Assembly (NCBI GenBank): GCA_017654855.1
Contig: CM030335.1
Location: 620,001-684,000, forward strand
Source of the DNA: Podospora anserina
Lineage: Eukaryota
Direction: 5' to 3'
DNA length: 64,000 bases
Shown here: one piece after another, positions 10,528 to 21,865 of the stretch
Layout: every line of letters begins with the position of its first letter
Numbering within the stretch: position 1 is the first letter of the stretch
Made by a program: the position numbers and the translations under genes
Notes under the pieces: generated by a model
Seen by the model: only the letters and a program-made list of their open reading frames with translations
The model's database searches: none
Told to the model about the DNA's origin: nothing

Positions 10528-11140
10528 ATGCAGCTCAAGACACTCTTTTCTCTCGTGGTGCCCCTGCTGGGACTTCAAAGCTCAGTACACAGTCTCAACA
10601 TTCCACCCGCTCAGGAGCTGCATCTTCGCGACGAGATCAACGCTCAGGGAGGCCAATCGAACCAACTGTACAAGTTTGAGGTTGGAATCTACAAGCGAAA
10701 CAACGTCACGTGGGACGCCTTCGCCGCCTTTCTCGTCAACTCTCGCTATCCCAAGGTGAAGCCACTTGTGGCCAAGCATGGCGTTGCTGTTTGGACCGAG
10801 GTGAGATAGATACCTAGGTAAAATATACCACCATCGAATCAGCGGCCTAACATCTCCACCGTAGACCTTGACGCCACCTTCAGCACGAGCCATTGCCGCA
10901 GGCGCCATCCCTCCCGGCTGGACGGTGCCGCAGTATGACTCCATCTCGACTTACTACGTCAGCGATCCCTCTGTTCTCGGCGCCTTGACCACTGACCCAG
11001 CCTGGATTGCGTTGGAGATCGCTGCCGCGGGGTATGTGGATGGGTCGAGAGGAACGCTTCTGGCCGGTTTCGAGACTGTCAAGTACGAGAAGCCGAAGAA
11101 GGGAGGCAAAGGCAAGAAGAGAGACTGTTTGCTAGATTAG
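10528..11140 (+). CDS. EthD-like (dimeric alpha+beta barrel) protein with N-terminal signal peptide; intron 10801-10864
   Basis: MQLKTLFSLVVPLLGLQSSVHS signal peptide; 'IYKRNNVTWDAF', 'YDSISTYYV..ALTTDPAW..YVD..LLAGFE' resemble EthD proteins; GTGAGA..CTAAC..TAG intron restores the frame. Confidence 0.65.
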
Positions 11141-11502
11141 GTGTGGTTTGAAGTATGTTCGAGTGCTTTCATGCCTGCGGTACTTACCTCTACATGTAGT
11201 TACTTCCTAAAATACACACATTGTTAATGGGGCATGGAGAGGGGTTGTACCTTGCCCGAAATCAGGAGAAACAAACACCATGTTGGCGGATATACTTTCA
11301 TCAGTTTGATGTGGGTACCTTTAGAACATTTATTATCACATGTCGTACCACACAAAGCCTCGCTTTACCCTCCAACAAGCGCCCTCAAACTTAGCTACCT
11401 ACATCAACCCATGCAACTGATCACCAAGAACCACCCTCCCCTCCCGTCAGCATCACAACCCCGTACAAACCCACCGCCATAACCAAAATCACCCCCCCAG
11501 TT

Positions 11503-12015
11503 TCAAACCAACCACCCCATCACCATCCCCAACCCGGCACCCAGCAAACCCCCATCCATTCCCCCTCTCCTTCCATTCTCCCCAACCCCAGCGCTGCTGG
11601 TACTACTACTCACGACATTGTCCGGCCTCGGCGTCGGCCGTTCAGTAGGCAGCCCAGTCTCAAAGGTGTAGCTCGTCAACGGTGTCACGGTGATACTGCA
11701 CGAGCTCCCACTCGGCACCCCCTCCAGACTGCATCCGAGCGATACGACATCCGACTCGATCGAGCTTATCACCGAAATGAACGTCTCCAGTGCGAAGGGC
11801 TCCTCTGTGGTTTGTAGGAGGGGGTCGTCACACGCGTAGGGAATGTCAGAGTTTGAGTTCTCTTGACAGGTTTGGCCGGTTAGACAGCACCATGTTGAGT
11901 CGCACGGGACTGGGCAGAGGAGGGACGGTCCGTCCTGGCGCCGGAGGGGTTTGGCAGGGTTTAAGGCGATGGTTTGGGTGGTAAGGGATAGGAAGAGAAA
12001 GGTTGAGAGCTTCAT
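11503..12015 (-). CDS. Small secreted Cys-rich, probably GPI-anchored protein
   Basis: Signal peptide MKLSTFLFLSLTTQTIA; CxxxC..CCxxGxxC motif; Ser/Thr-rich stalk; omega-like SSAG and hydrophobic C-terminus. Confidence 0.75.
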   Translation of the reverse strand: MKLSTFLFLSLTTQTIALNPAKPLRRQDGPSLLCPVPCDSTWCCLTGQTCQENSNSDIPYACDDPLLQTTEEPFALETFISVISSIESDVVSLGCSLEGVPSGSSCSITVTPLTSYTFETGLPTERPTPRPDNVVSSSTSSAGVGENGRRGGMDGGLLGAGLGMVMGWLV

Positions 12016-12580
12016 TTTCGGTTCCGAGGCGGATTGATTGTCGGTGGGAGGCTGCAAACCGGGAAAGGCGAAACGATGGATGAGTGCCATTTTCGAATGA
12101 GGGGAATTAGGTACCTATATATGTGCCTTCTGGGACTTTGCCACTCAGCAGGTATCGTCAAAAGCTGCCCGCTATCAGCGATCGTGCGATTGCATACACC
12201 TTGAGTTGGTGTAACCGTCGATCCGACCCCGCCTGCGATAGACCGAGTTTCCTGTTCGAAACACCACCTCCGGATAGCTCAAGTCGATCAAAGTTCACGA
12301 GAAGGTGGCGTTCGATATAGGGGCTGATATCTGAAATGCTTATTATGTGACAGGTGCTATCATGGCGAGATTGCAACGTGGTGGCTGAAGCTGGACCACC
12401 ATCATGAAGTGGGTGTGAAGAAGCGTGGGGAGCTGCCTGACGTGTGCTGGCGACTAATAGAGACAGGAATCCAAGGCCGTGAGTTAAAATAGCTGGTTAT
12501 AAAGTGGCTCTTCTCTGGATGGAGCCAAGGTCGAGGCTTTTGCTTGGGTTGGTCGTGTGGTGTCAAGTCCGCGATCGACC

Positions 12581-14883
12581 ATGCGGCGAGCAAGTCGAGC
12601 TCCAGATCGACCTGGAGCAAATGCCCGAGATGCTCCAGTTTTACTCCAAGACCTCTTACCTCATGCTTCAGCTGCCACCCCGTATTCCCCCAACATTGAC
12701 TCAAATCATCACAACGACCCATTACCACCATCTCCATTAATCCCAAACACCACGAGCAACATCCCGACCTCCCCACCAAACATTCAACATAATCCAGCGG
12801 CACCAACAACACCAGTCCCACCACCGACAACCCCTCCTCAACCACCTCTCACCAACTCCGCAACCCCTCAAACTCCCGTCACTTCCCCAATCTCAACCAT
12901 TCCCAACCAGCAACCATCCAACCCATCTTCCACCACCTTCACTCCTTCCTCCCCAACCCTCTCAACCCGTCTCACCAAACTCCTCACTCGGCTATCAACC
13001 CTCCCAACACCCCCCGTCATCACCCACCTCCATAAACACCTCAAAGCCCCCACCATCCTCCTCATCACCCTCCTCCTCTTCATCTTCGTCACCCTCATCT
13101 CCTGGCAAGCCCACAACCTCGACTGGCCCCTCGCCAGAATCCCGATCCCCTCCGGCATTCTCCTCCTGACAATAGTAGCCAAGTTCACAGACTGGGCACT
13201 CGCCGGCGTAACCGACGACGCCTGGGAACGACTGCAATGGGGTCCATTACTGCAGCAAGGCCGAGGGAACATGTTGACGTTCCTGGTGATGGGTTCCGGG
13301 TTCGGGAGCTGGTGGAGGGTGTTATTTTCTTCTGGGGTGCAGCCGGGAGAGGAGACGAAGTTGATGAGGCTGAGGAGGTTAGTCAGGACGAAATGGAAAT
13401 GGCGGCCTCGATTCAGCGCTCGGTTCTGGAGTTTCATCCGCATCTTCGTTTGGTTGTTTGTCCAATTCCCAGGCTTGATTCTCATGGCCATGATCGAGAA
13501 CAAAGACTCCTTCCGCCCAACAGCATGGGCAGACGTCACCGGTGGGTTGGGGGCGTTCAACGTGAGCGCGGGTTGGTTCCAGCCTGGTGACCCATCCACT
13601 TATCGACAGGTTTTTGGTATCCTTCAAGACCCAACCATCACGGTGACTACCACGCCAATAGGTGAGGAATGTAGTCGGGAGGATAGCTGTCAGTCGTACA
13701 TCTTGTCCGGGGGGACAACCCTTGTTCAGCCTTGGGCTTTTGTACCGCGGCAATTGACTGACAACCACGCCTATGTAATTGAGAACGCGCCGGCGTATCA
13801 AATCGATGGCTGGGAGACCTCGTTCAACCATTCGTTGCCGTATGCCTCCTGGACTGACGACCAGTGTCGGGTGTTCACCTCTCAAAGCCCGCTGGGTGCG
13901 GTTGATGGCTCGCTTCAAATTTGTGTGAAGAACGATGGAGATGATGGACGGTTGTTGGCAGGTGAGTAGCTCCGGGTTTCCCAAAGTCTTCAGCGCGTCG
14001 GCATGCTAACGTTTATTCCCGTCCTCAAGGCATCCGAGAATGTGGTAGCAACGTGGACAAGACCGGCAATTGCACCCTTGATCCGGCCTATCCAGGGTGG
14101 GATTCCTTCCCGGCCTTTTCATCTGTCATCGAACTGTATCGACTGAACGTAGACCTTGTGACAGACCGTCACACCCAGACCATCATCGAGCTGTCCAACC
14201 AAGCTAGTCCAATCAAGCAGATAATCGCCCCTGAAGACTTCCTCGACGCATTCGCCCTCCTTCTCTGCCCCTTCCCCACAAATTCGACCCAAATCTCCCG
14301 ATGGTGCGCCCCCAACGCCGTGAACCAACAGCTCACAGCTTCGCTCGCGTGGAGAATCCAACTGGCCTACAGCGAGAGGTACTTTGACAACCAACTCTCC
14401 ATGGACATGCTTCGTAACCTCTTTGCAACGGTGTTGTATATGTTTAACCCAGTCTATCGGGCTATTTCCATCGATGGTTCCGTGCCGTGGAGACCCAACG
14501 AGACAGTACCTGGGCTGCCACCAGAGAACACCTTTCGAGGGTCCCCAGCCATCCAGTCGAGCTATGTCGCCCCGGCTACTTGGACTGTGGTTGCTTTCAT
14601 CGTGTCGGCGGTAGTACTAATCTCTGCGGCGGTCATCGCGATGGTTGTGTCGTCTGTATATGCCGATATGCCTAACCTTAACAAGTTCTTGGTGTTGGAT
14701 GGGATGAAAGTCGTTGTCGTTGATCCCGCAACGGGTGATGAGACTTTCTTTGGCGATGTTGTATGTCGGGAGAAGACGAAGGAAGGAGTTATTTATGTGG
14801 CGAGCCGGACGACCGTCTCCCTTGCGAGGAGTGGGGCGACAGCAGGGAGCGACGGGAATGCATCATCACCTGCTTCGAGATGA
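12581..14883 (+). CDS. Uncharacterised membrane protein (Pro/Thr-rich N-terminus, TM segments, lumenal Cys domain, C-terminal TM); intron 13962-14029
   Basis: Two long ORFs joined in frame by a GTGAGT..GCTAAC..AAG intron; hydrophobic segments. Confidence 0.75.
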
Positions 14884-15904
14884 TGGGCTGATGGGACGGT
14901 ATAGTTTGATGGACGTTGTCCTATTTCTGGATGGCTTTTTTTTCGGTGGCAGAGGAAGGTTGTCGATACCAAGGAAGGTTGGGGGAAGGTTTGAAAACCT
15001 TCGCTCAAGTCTGATGAAGGAATTATGGTGCTCGAACACCTCGTTAAACTTTAACCCAAAATCTGGTGAACATTTTGATGAGCTTGTGGCACGCTGTCGA
15101 GCGTGCCAACAGAACTGTGAGAAAAGCGATGGTACTGTACAGCACTGGGAAATTCAGCTCCGGAGAGCAGAATCCTACCTCCCACACCCCCTCCCAGGCA
15201 GGGTCTACACCCAACAGAACCTGTGGCGGCCCACAGGGCAGAAGCCCTAGGGAGCAACCTGACTGAATATCCACCGGGAGCAACACCTCCCACAAACGCC
15301 ACCCTCCGCACGTTGAATCAGCTGTTGAGTTAAGGGGCTTAATATGTTTGCCTACCCGTACCCACCTAAACGCCAGGTGGATGTGATCGAGAATGTTCGT
15401 CTTGCATAAGGTAGAGACTTTATCCCCGCACATTGCCCCCTACAGAGGTTAGGGTTACATATGGCCTTCATTTTGAGATGTTTAAAAGGCCAAGTTCGGT
15501 GCTGGTGGTTTTCTACATGCTGGGCTGCCTGGCAACAATGATCATATCATAGATGAGGGTCCTAGAGTTGGTAGCTGCCGCCAACATTACTGCGCCAGGC
15601 GGAAGGCACCTTCTTTCAATTCTACTTGTGGAAAATTATTTACGGTGGTAATGCACGATTCAGATCACTTGCTGGTGCGTGGCGGGATGAGGCAACACTA
15701 AATTGCAGAGCCTCACTATAAATCAAGTTTTCTTTTTGTGTCAGGTTTTCTTGCCTTTCCTTGTATTTACCGCTGAGTCACAATCAAAACATCGCACCAT
15801 TCCTCATCTACCTCATCGCTGCCGACTTGATAGTCCTCAGCATGAAAGGCTGTTTTTCATTCGCCAGGTACGCACTCGTTCTTTTGGGAGCGCTATCTAA
15901 CCAC

Positions 15905-16669
15905 ATGTGCTGTGACCTGCAACGCGCAACTTGTCCATACCCAGGTTGTGTGTTTCTCAATACCGAAAAGCCGTGGACCCTCCACTGCGACGTTTATCGT
16001 GCGAGAGTGAGAGAGAGCCCGGGGAAATGGCCTCCATATTCCTACGTGATCTGTCCCAGTGGTTTCACGCCTGAGCCGCCCCCGAGAAGGGGGCATCTAG
16101 GAGTGGCGACTGATTACTGCGAATTCCACAAGAAAGAAGTCTTCCCTCGGCTATTCAAACATTGTTGGATACCTCAGGACAAGTGCGAGGTGAGGCGGAC
16201 AATTAACACCTTTGTTTCAGCCATCACAGGGGCACTTTCGGCAAGCGAAGACTTGGAACAGGACATGTGGGGCCAAGGTCAGAGGGGTATAGACTTCCCC
16301 CGGGTTCCATTTGGAAGTGTTGAGTGGAATCGGTCGGCATCGTCATACCTCTATGAGGAGCCCATCTCACCGCGAACGGTTCCGTCAGCGATAATATCGA
16401 ACCTTGGTCCTGTTACGGCTGGACCAGGAGAGCACCACCATCTCCGTCTTGCACCTCTACAGACTGCACTAGATGATGGGTTCTATTTCGACTTTCCGAA
16501 AGAACTTCAAGCGTGCACTCCGGCTGCAAACGAACAAATGGGCATGGTTGATGGCGCGCAAGTTCACTCTACTCAAATGCAGAGCAACGCCGCATGCGGA
16601 GTCTTGGTGGAAGATCTTGGACAGCCGCACCCGCCTAGAGTGGAGAAATCCAACGGGGAGGGGCTTTGA
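15905..16669 (+). CDS. Hypothetical orphan protein with Cys/His-rich N-terminus
   Basis: Longest ORF in a 2.9-kb gap; CC..CxxxxC..HC..C..CxxH pattern; no recognisable family. Confidence 0.3.
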   Translation: MCCDLQRATCPYPGCVFLNTEKPWTLHCDVYRARVRESPGKWPPYSYVICPSGFTPEPPPRRGHLGVATDYCEFHKKEVFPRLFKHCWIPQDKCEVRRTINTFVSAITGALSASEDLEQDMWGQGQRGIDFPRVPFGSVEWNRSASSYLYEEPISPRTVPSAIISNLGPVTAGPGEHHHLRLAPLQTALDDGFYFDFPKELQACTPAANEQMGMVDGAQVHSTQMQSNAACGVLVEDLGQPHPPRVEKSNGEGL

Positions 16670-17802
16670 ATGATGGGCAATTTCAAATATTCGTGAGGAA
16701 GACGAGGAACTGTGGAGAGGACTGGGAGCAATAACATCAGGGGAGCGTGTCCTGGTTACCTAACACAACCAGGTCGACATCGAAATGGAAAAGAACAAAA
16801 CGGAAATGAAAACCACAACTTCGAAATGGAAGAAAACAACATGGATATGGAATATAAAAGGATATACGTGGTGGCTATCCGTGTGAGACATGACATCAAG
16901 ACGCTCGAAATTCTCGAGAAAGCCATCCACCACCCACCACCACTCCACGTGGCATCAGTACCCTAAATCTGTGGAGGCAAAGTGACTTTGGTTGGGGCTT
17001 CAAGATCTGCTGGTACCTAAATAGATACGAGGTAGATAGCTCCACGTGCAGCTTTCACAGTCTGGCAGCTGACATGGAAACAGAGGAAGTACGAACGAGC
17101 GGAATATTATCGGTCCTCAATATCTAGTGCAGACTTGGAAAGAGGGACCGTCGCGAGATCGGCGGTGTCTCACCACGGCATGGTGTCACACGAGATGAGC
17201 CCCAAGCGTATCTAAGGGTCATGGGGGATATTCTTAGGTAAGTATTGAGATCTCCACATAAAGACCTAACTCACTATACTCATCTAATCCTGCAAGAGAG
17301 CTTAACTGGACGGAAGCTCATATGCGCGAAGTAAGGTTAGAATAAAAGCAGGCAGGCAGCGCTGAGTTGAGCATGCCTATTGACACTTTTAAACGACTTC
17401 GCTACACTCAAACCATCTCACTATTCGAACTTAAGGCATTAAATTTCCTGAAATTTCGCTCAGGAAAGCCACCTGTTAAGCCATGTGGATAAGGTAGTGT
17501 TTGAGCGGTAATGACTGGGGTTATCGCTGTGGCTCGATGAACGTTTACTTTTACAACTAAAACTTGTTCACGACGCCTCATGATCTCTAGATACATGTAA
17601 CCTCTTTCTATCCTTTTCTCATGGTGACTGCCCCCTTTTACCCCCGAGTCCATCACGGTTAGGGGTGTGGGTAACAGTGTCCGACACAGTGCCTCCATCT
17701 CCCGCACAGTCTTCCCCACACGCTTAATCCGACGTCATTGAAGTTCATCTGATGCTCGGCAATTGTCACGTACCACATTTATAGGTGTAGGCCAAAGTCA
17801 AC

Positions 17803-18699
17803 ATGTCTTCAGGAACCGATCCATCAGCCGCGAGAATTGTTTCCGTGAAACCACTGGTAGGCCTATCCTCATTACCCCATCTGGTGTATCCCATACTTCC
17901 ACCTCCCCTCCTTCTCACATGTCTAACATCTCACTCAGGAAAACAAAGACGCCCGCTGGCTCAACCTAGTCCAGTGAGCTATTCACTCTCCTCACACTCA
18001 ACTCAAAGTAATAACCCCAAAATTAGAATAGAATACCTCACCCCCGACGGACAAACGCGCCAATGGGAAGCCATCCACCGCACCACCACCCCTAAATCCA
18101 GCCCGGGCGGCGTCGACTCTGTCCACATCATCGCCGTCCGCTCTTGCTCATCAGACCCAAGCAGGAAGGAGATTCTCCTAGAGAAACAATTCCGGCCACC
18201 AGCGGGCAAGGTCTGCATCGAGTTCCCCGCCGGACTGGTCGATCCCAACGAGAGCATCGAGACGTGTGCGCTGAGAGAGCTGAGAGAGGAGACGGGGTAT
18301 GTCGGGGAGGTGATGGGCAAGGTTGGGGGGAGTATGGTGATGTTTGGATGTGAGTTTGTTTCTTCTAACTGTTGTTATGTGGAGAAGGATACGCTAACAT
18401 TGAACAGCACCCGCATCTTCGGCGTAGGTTTATTTCTACAATATGAATAGACAGAATACTAACAAACACCCAGCGCCAAAACAGTCTTCATCCACGCCAC
18501 CATCGACACGGGCAAACCAGAAAACCAGACCCCCGTCGCCGAACTCGAAGACGGCGAGTTCATCGAGCCATTCTGGGTCCCGCTTGCCAGTCTACACTCC
18601 CAAATCAGAAGGCTAGCCGAGGAAGGTTTCGCCATTGACAGCAAAGTTGGGATCTACGCCGAAGGCCTAGAGATGGGACGCTCGCTCAACGGTGCCTAG
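17803..18699 (+). CDS. Nudix hydrolase (ADP-ribose pyrophosphatase, Ysa1/NUDT5-like); 4 introns
   Basis: 'QFRPPAGKVCIEFPAGLVD' and Nudix box 'ESIETCALRELREETG'; introns 17857-17938, 17974-18026, 18350-18407, 18424-18473. Confidence 0.88.
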
Positions 18700-18783
18700 A
18701 CGCTCACTAGAAAGGACCAAAACTATACCCTACTGAATCCATTTCATTTTACTGCCATTCATAAACCCTCCTATCCGTCTCAC

Positions 18784-19618
18784 CTAATCCAAAACCGGCT
18801 CCTCAATCTCATCCACCAACCCATCCCCCAACTCGACCCTCTCCTCAAAACTCCACCCCAACCCCCCCTCCTTGGCAGTCCACTCCCTCTCCTGGATCTT
18901 TACATTTCCCTCGTCCTCATCCGCAAAATCAAACACCCTGTAATCAGCATTCATGTACCACCTCCCCGTAACCCCCGCTCGCAAAAACCCCGAATGTGAC
19001 ACGACGATGATCGCCTTTTCTTTTCGTTGTTTCAAATCCCTGAGAACCTCTTGCCCTCTGGCCATGATGGCTTGTTTAGTGTTGAAATACTTTTTCCCAG
19101 ACGGGGAGGTTTTGTCGGGATAGACTGGGTCGACGTGGTCAAAGTTTACCTGAGGGAATTCAGACTTTAGAGAGGGGATTGGGGTGCCTGTGTCGCAGGG
19201 TTGGGTTGAGTTTTCTGGGGGGAAGTTAGTCATATTGTTGGGTAATGAAAAGGGAGGGAGCGGGGAATACCTTGCCACCCGGCGTGAGCTTCAAAGGGGA
19301 TGCCTAAATCGCCAAAGGCTAGGAGGGCTGTCTCGATGGTTCTGCGCATGGGGCTGACGATGATGAGGCCTACTTCGAGCTCGGGGTTGGGGCCGGTGAT
19401 TTTGGGGACGAGGTTTTGTTTGAGGGAGTTGCATTGGGAGCGGCCTAGGACGGAGAGTTCTGGGTCGGGGATGGTATAGTCTTGTGTTGCTAGGAGGGGG
19501 TGTTAGTTGAATATGTTCTGATATAATACATCGTAGTATTAGGAAGATAGAAGGGGCACTTATTGTCAACATTGTGAAGGGCCTGGGCGTGCCGGACTAG
19601 GATGATAGTTGGTGGCAT
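18784..19618 (-). CDS. Phosphoglycerate mutase-like histidine phosphatase; multi-exon
   Basis: N-terminal 'MPPTIILVRHAQALHN' (RHG-type motif), 'SPMRRTIET', 'PCDTG', 'IIVVSHSGFL'. Confidence 0.85.
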
Positions 19619-19945
19619 GGTGAGATTACAAATTTAGGTTGCCAAAGTCAAAGTTGGATGGAAACAAGACAAGTTCAAATATGACTTTGTAGAAGTATCG
19701 TTCCATGTCTGTGGCGTAAGGTGAGAGGTTGGGCTTCCTGGACCGTGAGTCAGGGGTGAGATGAACACTGTGCTGGCACTTGGCGGTCACCCACGTCAGC
19801 ACAGTGCGCATCGTTAGAGCGCAAACTGTTTGCGCCAAGCTATCGGTGACGGGACGCGCGATTGACCTTTTCTTTTTGCCGGCACAACACGTTCCAGCAC
19901 CATCATCAAGCCTTCAAGGTTCTCAGCAAGCAATTGACCGTCATC

Positions 19946-21691
19946 ATGCCCAGCAAACGGAAGCTGGATCTTCCCCCGGCTGAAATCTACAAAGCAGCCA
20001 AACTCGCCCCCAATGGCTCCCGACATGCTCACGTAGAAGAAGACGACGATCTCAAAGCTGGTCCAGCTCCCCCACCAGAAGACGACGATGGCGACTACGG
20101 TCCATCAGCGCCACCAGAGGATGACGACGGCGACGACGAAGAAGGCCGATTCTTTGGCGGCGGGATAACAGAAACAGAAAAACAAGTCCTCGACTTTATG
20201 GATTCCAATCAACAATCCACCGTGTTCGACGCAGGCCCCGAAACGATCGACGGCTCCTGGCTCAAGAAAACTGCCCTCTCCTTCGAGAAGAAAATCTCGC
20301 GCAACGCCGAGCTCCGCGCCAAATTCGAAAATGACCCCAGCAAGTTCATCGACTCGGAAGCCGACCTGGATTCGGCAATCAAGTCCCTCTCCATCCTCTC
20401 CGACCACCCATCCCTATACCCCCTCTTCGCCCAGCTCGGCAGCGCCGCCAGCCTCGTTTCATTGCTAGCCCACGAAAACACCGACATCGCCATCGACGCA
20501 GTAGAGATCCTCTCCGAGCTCACAGACCAAGATGTCTCCGCCTCCGAACCCGACTGGTCTTCCCTCGTCAACGCTTGCCTCGAGGCCGATCTGTTAGGTC
20601 TCCTAACCTCCAACTTTTCCCGCCTAGACGAAACCAACGAGTCCGACCGCGAGGGGGTATACCACGCTCTCTCCCTCCTCGAAAACCTCTCCAGTTCCCC
20701 GGCCATATGCGACAAACTCGGCTCTGACAAGCCCCTGGTTCAATACCTCCTGAACCGCATCTCCACCCCCCAAGAGAAGGAAACCTCCCAAAACAAACAA
20801 TACTCCGCCGAAATCCTGGCCATCCTCGTCTCCTCCTCCCTTCCCAACCGGACTTGTCTCGTATCCCTCAACGCGGTGGATATTCTCCTTCAACAGATCG
20901 CCCCCTACCGCAAACGCGACCCAGACAAGAGCTCATCATCTTACACCCCCGAATTCATCCGTAACTCATTCGAGTGTCTATCCAGTCTTGTCTCCTCTCC
21001 CGAAGGGAAAAAAGCCTTTATCGAAGCAGAAGGGGTGGAGCTCTGTCTCATTATGCTCAAGGACGGGGGCCCAAAGATAACCAAACCGTCCTCACTACGA
21101 CTGCTCGACCACGCATGCGCGTTTTCCCCCGAGATGGCAACCAAGATTGTGACAGAGGGGGGGTTGAAGACTTTGTTTACGATGTTTATGAAGAATAAGA
21201 CTTCTGTAGGGCAGACAACGGAGCATCTAATCGGGATATTTGCCTCGATGCTTCGTTTCCTACCAGCCGAGTCCCCTGAACGAATCAGGACGCTGGCAAA
21301 GTTTGTCGAGAAGGAGTATGAGAAATTGGAAAAGACGGTGCAGCTGAGGAGGGAGTACGCTGCCAGGTTGGGGGTGGTGGATGCTGCTATTCAAGAAGAA
21401 AATAACACGCTGGATAGGAAAGAGAGGGAGGAAATGGAGGATGAGTTCTTCTCCAGGAGGCTAGATGCGGGGTTGTTTTGCCTGCAGAGTATAGATGTTG
21501 TTCTTGCCTGGCTCATCGCGGAGGATGATGGTGCTAGGGACAAAATCAAAGAGCTGTTGGCCGACCGGGATGAGGATCTTGGGGTGTTGAGGAAAACGAT
21601 ACAAGAGCAGATTGAGGGGGTGGATGAGGGGGGCGAGGATGGGAGGGAGACGAAGGAGATGTTGAGTACGTTGGTCAGGTTTTTGGTGTGA
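19946..21691 (+). CDS. CTNNBL1: Beta-catenin-like protein 1 (spliceosomal Prp19-complex armadillo protein)
   Basis: 'EEGRFFGGG', 'KNAELRAKFENDPSKFIDSEADLD'-type segment, 'LLAHENTDIAI', 'RRLDAGLFCLQ'. Confidence 0.88.
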   Translation: MPSKRKLDLPPAEIYKAAKLAPNGSRHAHVEEDDDLKAGPAPPPEDDDGDYGPSAPPEDDDGDDEEGRFFGGGITETEKQVLDFMDSNQQSTVFDAGPETIDGSWLKKTALSFEKKISRNAELRAKFENDPSKFIDSEADLDSAIKSLSILSDHPSLYPLFAQLGSAASLVSLLAHENTDIAIDAVEILSELTDQDVSASEPDWSSLVNACLEADLLGLLTSNFSRLDETNESDREGVYHALSLLENLSSSPAICDKLGSDKPLVQYLLNRISTPQEKETSQNKQYSAEILAILVSSSLPNRTCLVSLNAVDILLQQIAPYRKRDPDKSSSSYTPEFIRNSFECLSSLVSSPEGKKAFIEAEGVELCLIMLKDGGPKITKPSSLRLLDHACAFSPEMATKIVTEGGLKTLFTMFMKNKTSVGQTTEHLIGIFASMLRFLPAESPERIRTLAKFVEKEYEKLEKTVQLRREYAARLGVVDAAIQEENNTLDRKEREEMEDEFFSRRLDAGLFCLQSIDVVLAWLIAEDDGARDKIKELLADRDEDLGVLRKTIQEQIEGVDEGGEDGRETKEMLSTLVRFLV

Positions 21692-21865
21692 AGTTGTAAT
21701 AAGAAATTAAGAAACCACACGGGACAGTGAAAAGAATGTAAAGCGATGGCAAAATGATTATGTGAATCTTAGGTGACTAAACGCCCGCAAAAATAATACA
21801 CTGCTCCCTCCTTCTATCCTCTGTCAATCCCCCTCTCACTAACCCCCTGTATCATGACCACCCCC

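Noticed and set aside
15447-15457. TAACCCTAA on the minus strand, resembling a fungal telomerase RNA template
   Set aside because: Only a 9-11 nt match; a roughly 2-kb transcript in that direction would overlap a coding gene, and I could not identify a pseudoknot or P6/6.1 element
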